A stretch of DNA of 38,039 nucleotides, from the NCBI RefSeq assembly GCF_000760515.2, contig NW_013546367.1:1-38039 (forward strand). Direction: 5' to 3'. This document shows positions 33,493 through 38,039 of the stretch, one piece after another. How positions within the stretch are numbered: position 1 is the stretch's first letter; every line of letters starts with the position of its first letter. The notes beneath the pieces are model-generated. The model worked only from the letters and a program-made list of their open reading frames with translations, ran no database searches and was not told where the DNA came from. This DNA is from Mitosporidium daphniae. Taxonomy: Eukaryota. A program made the translations under genes and the position numbers.

Positions 33493-34364
33493 ATGGTTTA
33501 CACGTCCTCGGCGGTTACGTCTTCTTCTGGATCGATGGGATCGTCTGGCGAGTCTCTATTTTGTGGGCCTAATGCAGTGAGCAATCCATACTCATTTCTT
33601 CAAGAGCTTGGAAGCGGCGAAACATCCGAGGTACCTTCCCTTTGTTCATCAACCGAAACTCTTTCCGAGGAGACCCCAAATCTTTCCTCCATCTTAAACT
33701 CCTTACAAAAGGAAAAGGGCACCGATGCTCTTCAATTGAAAACAAAGCTACCTTATGCGTGGGTATTTTGGTACCTTCGCCCGCCTCAAGGTCTCAAGTC
33801 GACCCAATTAAACTTTGAATCGCTTTTGAAGTATATCGGGACCATGCAAACTTTACAAGAATTTTGGTCTATTTATTTGACATTGAAAAGACCGGATGAG
33901 CTTTCCGTCGGAACAACTGATTATTCGTTCTTCAAAGAAAATATCCGTCCCGTTTGGGAGGATCCGGCAAATCAGCATGGTGGAAAGCTTGTCATACGTC
34001 TGAGGAAGAACAGCTCTGTGTCAACCAGAATTTGGGAATTACTGCTCCTTGCCCTGATTGGAGATGAATTTTCGGATCTCCAAGAACATATTTGTGGCGT
34101 TGTTTTTTCCATTCGTCCATATGAAAACTTTATCGCCATTTGGATGCCAAAGTCTGATGATCTGCCCCAAATACAAAAACTAAGGTATGTTTTCCATGTT
34201 AACTTCAATGTAGAGATCGACTTCGTAGCCTTTTTGGCCTTGCTCCGGATACTCTTATTGAATATAAAGCTCACAATTACGCCAAAGAAGGCGTTGCTCC
34301 TTCAACAGCGCGATCAAAGGCGTCAATCGATGCACCCTCCAGTGTTCAGGCGAATAAAGAATAA
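33493..34364 (+). CDS. eIF4E-family cap-binding protein, 4EHP/eIF4E2-like
   Basis: WVFWY, EFWSIY..RP, YSFFKENIRPVWEDPANQHGGK, WELLLLALIGDEF, ICGVVFSIR, IAIW. An intron near 34185-34213 gives RDRLRSLFGLAPDTLIEYKAH. Confidence 0.88.
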
Positions 34365-34483
34365 ACATTAAGAAACTCTTGGCACAGTTGATGCTGAAAC
34401 CAGAATACCATATCGTGCCCACCGCGCACCATCAACCTTGCAGAGCGCTGATTTTAAATGGCTGATTTGTAAATTAATTTAAA

Positions 34484-35077
34484 ATGTCGCCCCCGGAAGT
34501 TCTGGGCTCCTCCACCTCGCCTTGTAGCGATGATGCCACTACTTGCTCCTCGACAGATCGGCTATGTGAGTCGCAATTTGTGAGAAATTTTATCAAGGAT
34601 TTCCTTTGCAAACATTGCTCCTGCACCCATTTCCTAGATACCCCTGTATCGTTCACTGGCGACTCCCCGTTAATCTTTGAAGACAAATATGCAGTCACCG
34701 TGAAGCAGTTGCATTTAGATATTCCGCTGCAGCTTCTTATGTGTTCCTCCTCCACTCTTGAAGACGTTATCGATGCATATGAGAGTGAAATGGATCGTCT
34801 TGGCCAAACCCCCATCCCGACTGGCGAGCAACGCTGGTTGCATAAAGGAAAGCCACTTTTGAATACCGCTATGCCACTGGCGTGTCTTTCTACAAGTAAG
34901 GAGATAACGCTACATCTCGTTCGTAAGGTCTCCACTATTCCAAGCAAATCTGAAATCGATTTATTTCAAGCGCTTTGTAGCTTTGAGCGCGACGCAAATT
35001 CTGGACACGGCCACACGTGCACGGATCCTCAATGTAAATCATCGGTCTCATTTCTTTTGAGCCATTTAAAGGAATAA
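34484..35077 (+). CDS. Ubiquitin-like domain protein (possibly Get5/Mdy2-like)
   Basis: VTVKQL..STLEDVIDAY..IPTGEQRWLHKGKPL..ITLHLVRK is a ubiquitin-fold pattern with no terminal GG. Confidence 0.6.
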   Translation: MSPPEVLGSSTSPCSDDATTCSSTDRLCESQFVRNFIKDFLCKHCSCTHFLDTPVSFTGDSPLIFEDKYAVTVKQLHLDIPLQLLMCSSSTLEDVIDAYESEMDRLGQTPIPTGEQRWLHKGKPLLNTAMPLACLSTSKEITLHLVRKVSTIPSKSEIDLFQALCSFERDANSGHGHTCTDPQCKSSVSFLLSHLKE

Positions 35078-36010
35078 TAAAATTTTATTTACAACGAGAA
35101 CCATTAATGCCGCCAGTAAGGAACATAAAGTAATGGACCTGCATGTCCATCTTATAAAGTTCCTGTTGTCGATTCCCACAATAACACGTTGGCTGCTGGT
35201 ATTTTTCAGACTCTCAGCAGGCCAATCGCATTTATCCTTCTCACCGGCGAACAAAAGGTGCCTATGACGGCTTGATGTGAACTTTTGGATGCTAATGTTT
35301 GAGGGGAGTCGACCATCTTCTAGACTGTTTACTGCTAAAGACGGATTGGAAGGGAGGATGTGCCCATTGGTATTTCCATTGATGTGTCCATTGATGTGTC
35401 CATTGATGTGTCCGTTGATGTGCCCATTGGTATTTGTCAGCTCTAAAGTGTTTTCTGAGCACACTGATAATGTGAAATCCTCCCGATCACGGCGGACTCG
35501 GAGAACAAAGAAAGAGAGAAGAGCACCTATCATAAAGACCCCATAGGACGAACCTTCTTTTGACGCAATCTCGCCAAATTGAACTAGGGATGAAGGAAAA
35601 CTTTGCGAATATATCGAGGCAAACGGACTGCTGTGGCCTTGTGCAGATAATCTGCAACCGTTTAAAAAGGTTCCATTTGAAGAGCCTATATCGCGTATAT
35701 ATATCTACACACTATTGGATGCTAAAACTACTGTATCATCTAGGATCAAAAGCTCTGCATGTCTTCGGCTCAAAAGTGCGCTGTTAAAAGGGCATTCTGG
35801 AGATTGCCTTCCAACTAAAAAGGGGATTCCCTCGTGGAGCATTAGTTCTATTTCGGTTTGAACGGATGAGTCTGCGTCAAGAGTGGTTTCTATACATGCG
35901 ATTTTGGCCCAATATTCCTTGGTGTTTTTTTTCGTGGGCGAAGAACAAAGCACCTGCTTGAATGGCGGAACAACAGGAACCATCCGCTGTTGTGAGATGA
36001 CGCTAACCAT
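35066..36010 (-). CDS. FHA-domain tail-anchored protein (SLMAP/Vps64/Far10-like)
   Basis: FLVGRQ..FNSALLSRRHA..|IYIRDIGSSNGTFLNGCRLS, and C-terminal hydrophobic ITLCSLLAALMVLVVNKILLFL. Confidence 0.78.
35357..35435 (-). repeat. 12-nt coding tandem repeat (NGHI)n
   Basis: ccattgatgtgt-type units encode NTNGHINGHINGHINGHINGNTNGHI. Confidence 0.9.
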
Positions 36011-36095
36011 TTCAAATTTAAACAATTTGTGGCCAAATTTAAAATTTCAATTATAAGAAACACACACTTCGACGGCAGTTCTATTTGCCTTGCCA

Positions 36096-37658
36096 TCAAG
36101 GCTCTAAATTTACGGAGGCATGAGAAAACCAATGGGGGGTCTCTTCAATTTCAGCCAAGATCTGGTCGAGAGACCTGGATTCGCAGAGTGCAGCCATGTC
36201 TATGCGATCGCCAAAAATAAAGGTCCTTCTAAGAGTTTCCCATAAATTGGTGGATATGTTTTTTGCAGGAGGTGGCATGCCTGGATGCAAATATTGCGCT
36301 TTTAGGGCGCGAATTAAATATTCCGCCGCTTCTTGGTAGCAGCCAACGTTCATGCAAGAAACACCCAAGTTATGCAGCGCCCTGATGAAGGAGGGCTTTA
36401 AAGATAAAGCCTTCTCATACATGGCAATTGCCTTTTCGCTTTGATGGTTATTTGCAAGAGTCGCGCCCAACCGATTCCACAGCAAATAATCGCTGGGAAA
36501 CATATTAACAGATGTTTGAAAACAATCGATGGATCGATCAAACTCGCCCATGCTGTAAAATAAAAGTCCGAGAGCCATTTGGAGATTGGAAGAGAACTTT
36601 TGATCCCACCCTCGTCGATTAATAACTTCAAGCAGTGCCGAAATAAGCGCGTCTCTTGATGCGGTCGTAGGGACAATAAACCCATCAACTGCAATGGCAA
36701 GCCATTTTGTAAGCACCTGAATAACCCTCTCATCATAAGCTTCATTTGTCAGCGACACCGCCAAGGCTAAAAGAGCGTCTGCATTTTTTGGGTCAATTGA
36801 AAGGGATTCCTCATAAGCGATAAGGGCAGCACCTTCTTTTTCATTCTCTGCTTGACAATTTCCGAGAAGAAACCACGCCTTAGAGAGTAGCTTTATGTCA
36901 TCGGAGGACGGCAAATAGCTTTGAATTGCAGCTTCAAAGGCAAGTGCAGCCTCAGTTAGCGATCCGGCGGGATTGGAAAAGATTTCCAGCCCAATTGAGA
37001 GGGGGTCACTTTCCTGCATGAAGGGATTATTTTCTTCAAAAGCATACTTTGACGAAGATGAGATCAAATTTGAGACCTTACTGTTCCACAGTGACTCGAA
37101 CATTTGAAAGTCAGAAGCAGTCTGATCAGTTACACTATCGTTGTTTGAAAACTCGTCCCTCCATGATTCTGATTGAGAGCTTTTGGAGTTGGAGCCATTC
37201 CAAAGTGATTCGAATTGGTCAAAAAGCTCATTTAACTGCTGTTGTTCATTAATGGGTAGCCGATTTTCCATTGCAGATTCAGCTTGGTCAAACTCTGCTG
37301 CCCAAAGGGCTTCAGGATTCTTTTCTTTTTCAAACGAAAATTCATTGATCCATGTACGAAAGTGAGCATTTGTTATTGAATCAAAATGTTTTTCTTGTTT
37401 TTTTGAAAAAGAGCATTCATCGGCAAGGAATTCAGAACTCCATGAAGCGGAAGAAGCGGAAGAAGCGGAAGCGGGATGCCTTCCACTAGCAAATGAGCTT
37501 TCCAGTTCAAAATCTTTCACCGTCGATGAAAGTTCTAAGCCAGTATTGAGAAGCTCTTTTCTTTTTATTTGAAACCCATTGTTCAGGTGGTCAATGAGCT
37601 TTGCCACAGGCTTGCTTGAAGCTGCCACTTCCTGGCATGAGAGATCAGTTGGGTTCAT
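36096..37658 (-). CDS. PEX5: Peroxisomal PTS1 receptor Pex5
   Basis: N-terminal Cys, WxxxF motifs (WSSEF, WINEF, WAAEF, WRDEF), YAFEENNPF, and TPRs with QAENEKE, AVSLTNE, LWNRLGATLAN, HNLGVSCMNVGCY. Confidence 0.95.
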   Translation of the reverse strand: MNPTDLSCQEVAASSKPVAKLIDHLNNGFQIKRKELLNTGLELSSTVKDFELESSFASGRHPASASSASSASWSSEFLADECSFSKKQEKHFDSITNAHFRTWINEFSFEKEKNPEALWAAEFDQAESAMENRLPINEQQQLNELFDQFESLWNGSNSKSSQSESWRDEFSNNDSVTDQTASDFQMFESLWNSKVSNLISSSSKYAFEENNPFMQESDPLSIGLEIFSNPAGSLTEAALAFEAAIQSYLPSSDDIKLLSKAWFLLGNCQAENEKEGAALIAYEESLSIDPKNADALLALAVSLTNEAYDERVIQVLTKWLAIAVDGFIVPTTASRDALISALLEVINRRGWDQKFSSNLQMALGLLFYSMGEFDRSIDCFQTSVNMFPSDYLLWNRLGATLANNHQSEKAIAMYEKALSLKPSFIRALHNLGVSCMNVGCYQEAAEYLIRALKAQYLHPGMPPPAKNISTNLWETLRRTFIFGDRIDMAALCESRSLDQILAEIEETPHWFSHASVNLEP

Positions 37659-37711
37659 CTATTTTTAAAAGTCATTGTTGCTTCAAACCCCAAATTTCAT
37701 TTTGCCATCCA

Positions 37712-37803
37712 TGCAACTTTGAGTCTTTTAGGGCTGCAATTTTGAGTCTTTTAAGGCTGCAACTTTGAATCTTTTAGCGCTGCAACTTTGAATCTTTTAG
37801 CGT
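37712..37803. repeat. Non-coding 23-nt minisatellite, 4 copies
   Basis: tgcaactttgagtcttttagggc / tgcaattttgagtcttttaaggc / tgcaactttgaatcttttagcgc / tgcaactttgaatcttttagcgt, head to tail with no spacers. Confidence 0.92.
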
Positions 37804-38039
37804 TGTAAAATTAAATTTGTCCAAAGTTGATTGGTAAACTTTTTTTAGTCCAATGCTTCTCTATAAAGATGTCATAACAAGTGAGTTTCATATTTCATCC
37901 ATCCTCTCCCTCTTTGTTTTTTATAATCCTCTTATACCTAGAGGATGAATTGGCCAGCGATTCTTTTTGCTTGAAAGACGAAGGGTTTTTCTATCGGATT
38001 CAAACCAACTATATCAACAAAGCTGGTTTAAAAATCGAT

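Noticed and set aside
612..36025. Fragmented ORFs read as pseudogenes, programmed frameshifts or an alternative genetic code
   Set aside because: The breaks I examined are resolved by canonical GT-AG micro-introns that restore conserved motifs under the standard code.
37712..37803. CRISPR-like appearance of the 23-nt repeats
   Set aside because: The units are contiguous with no spacers, there are no cas genes, and the context is eukaryotic.

Overview
Not a prokaryotic window. This is a very gene-dense eukaryotic nuclear region with about 25 protein genes, intergenic gaps often under 100 bp, and many tiny GT-AG spliceosomal introns (mostly 24-35 nt) that fragment the ORF track. The genes are fungal-like. 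They include respiratory-chain, ATP-synthase, mitoribosome and peroxisome-import genes, which together with the compaction suggests (inference) an early-diverging Rozellomycota / short-branch microsporidian such as Mitosporidium or Paramicrosporidium. Hand splicing recovers CENP-C, HEI10, Mpv17/PMP22, RNase H2A, Nup53, TGL-type lipase, U2A', M3 oligopeptidase, USP7, a large chromodomain protein, cytosolic Hsp70, CAF-1A, kynureninase, mito-L2, LYRM7/Mzm1, Yar1, HEN1, a TLC protein, Cox4, Atp7, an eIF4E2-like protein, a UBL protein, an FHA/SLMAP-like protein and Pex5. The most striking item is invisible in the ORF track: a spliced gene (8926-10310, minus) fusing a telobox/TRF-type Myb domain to an archaeal/giant-virus-type MC1 DNA-bending domain. 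Telomere-repeat-like AACCCTA/TAGGGTT motifs sit in its own 5' region and in several intergenic gaps. All family calls are motif recognition by eye, with no database searches.
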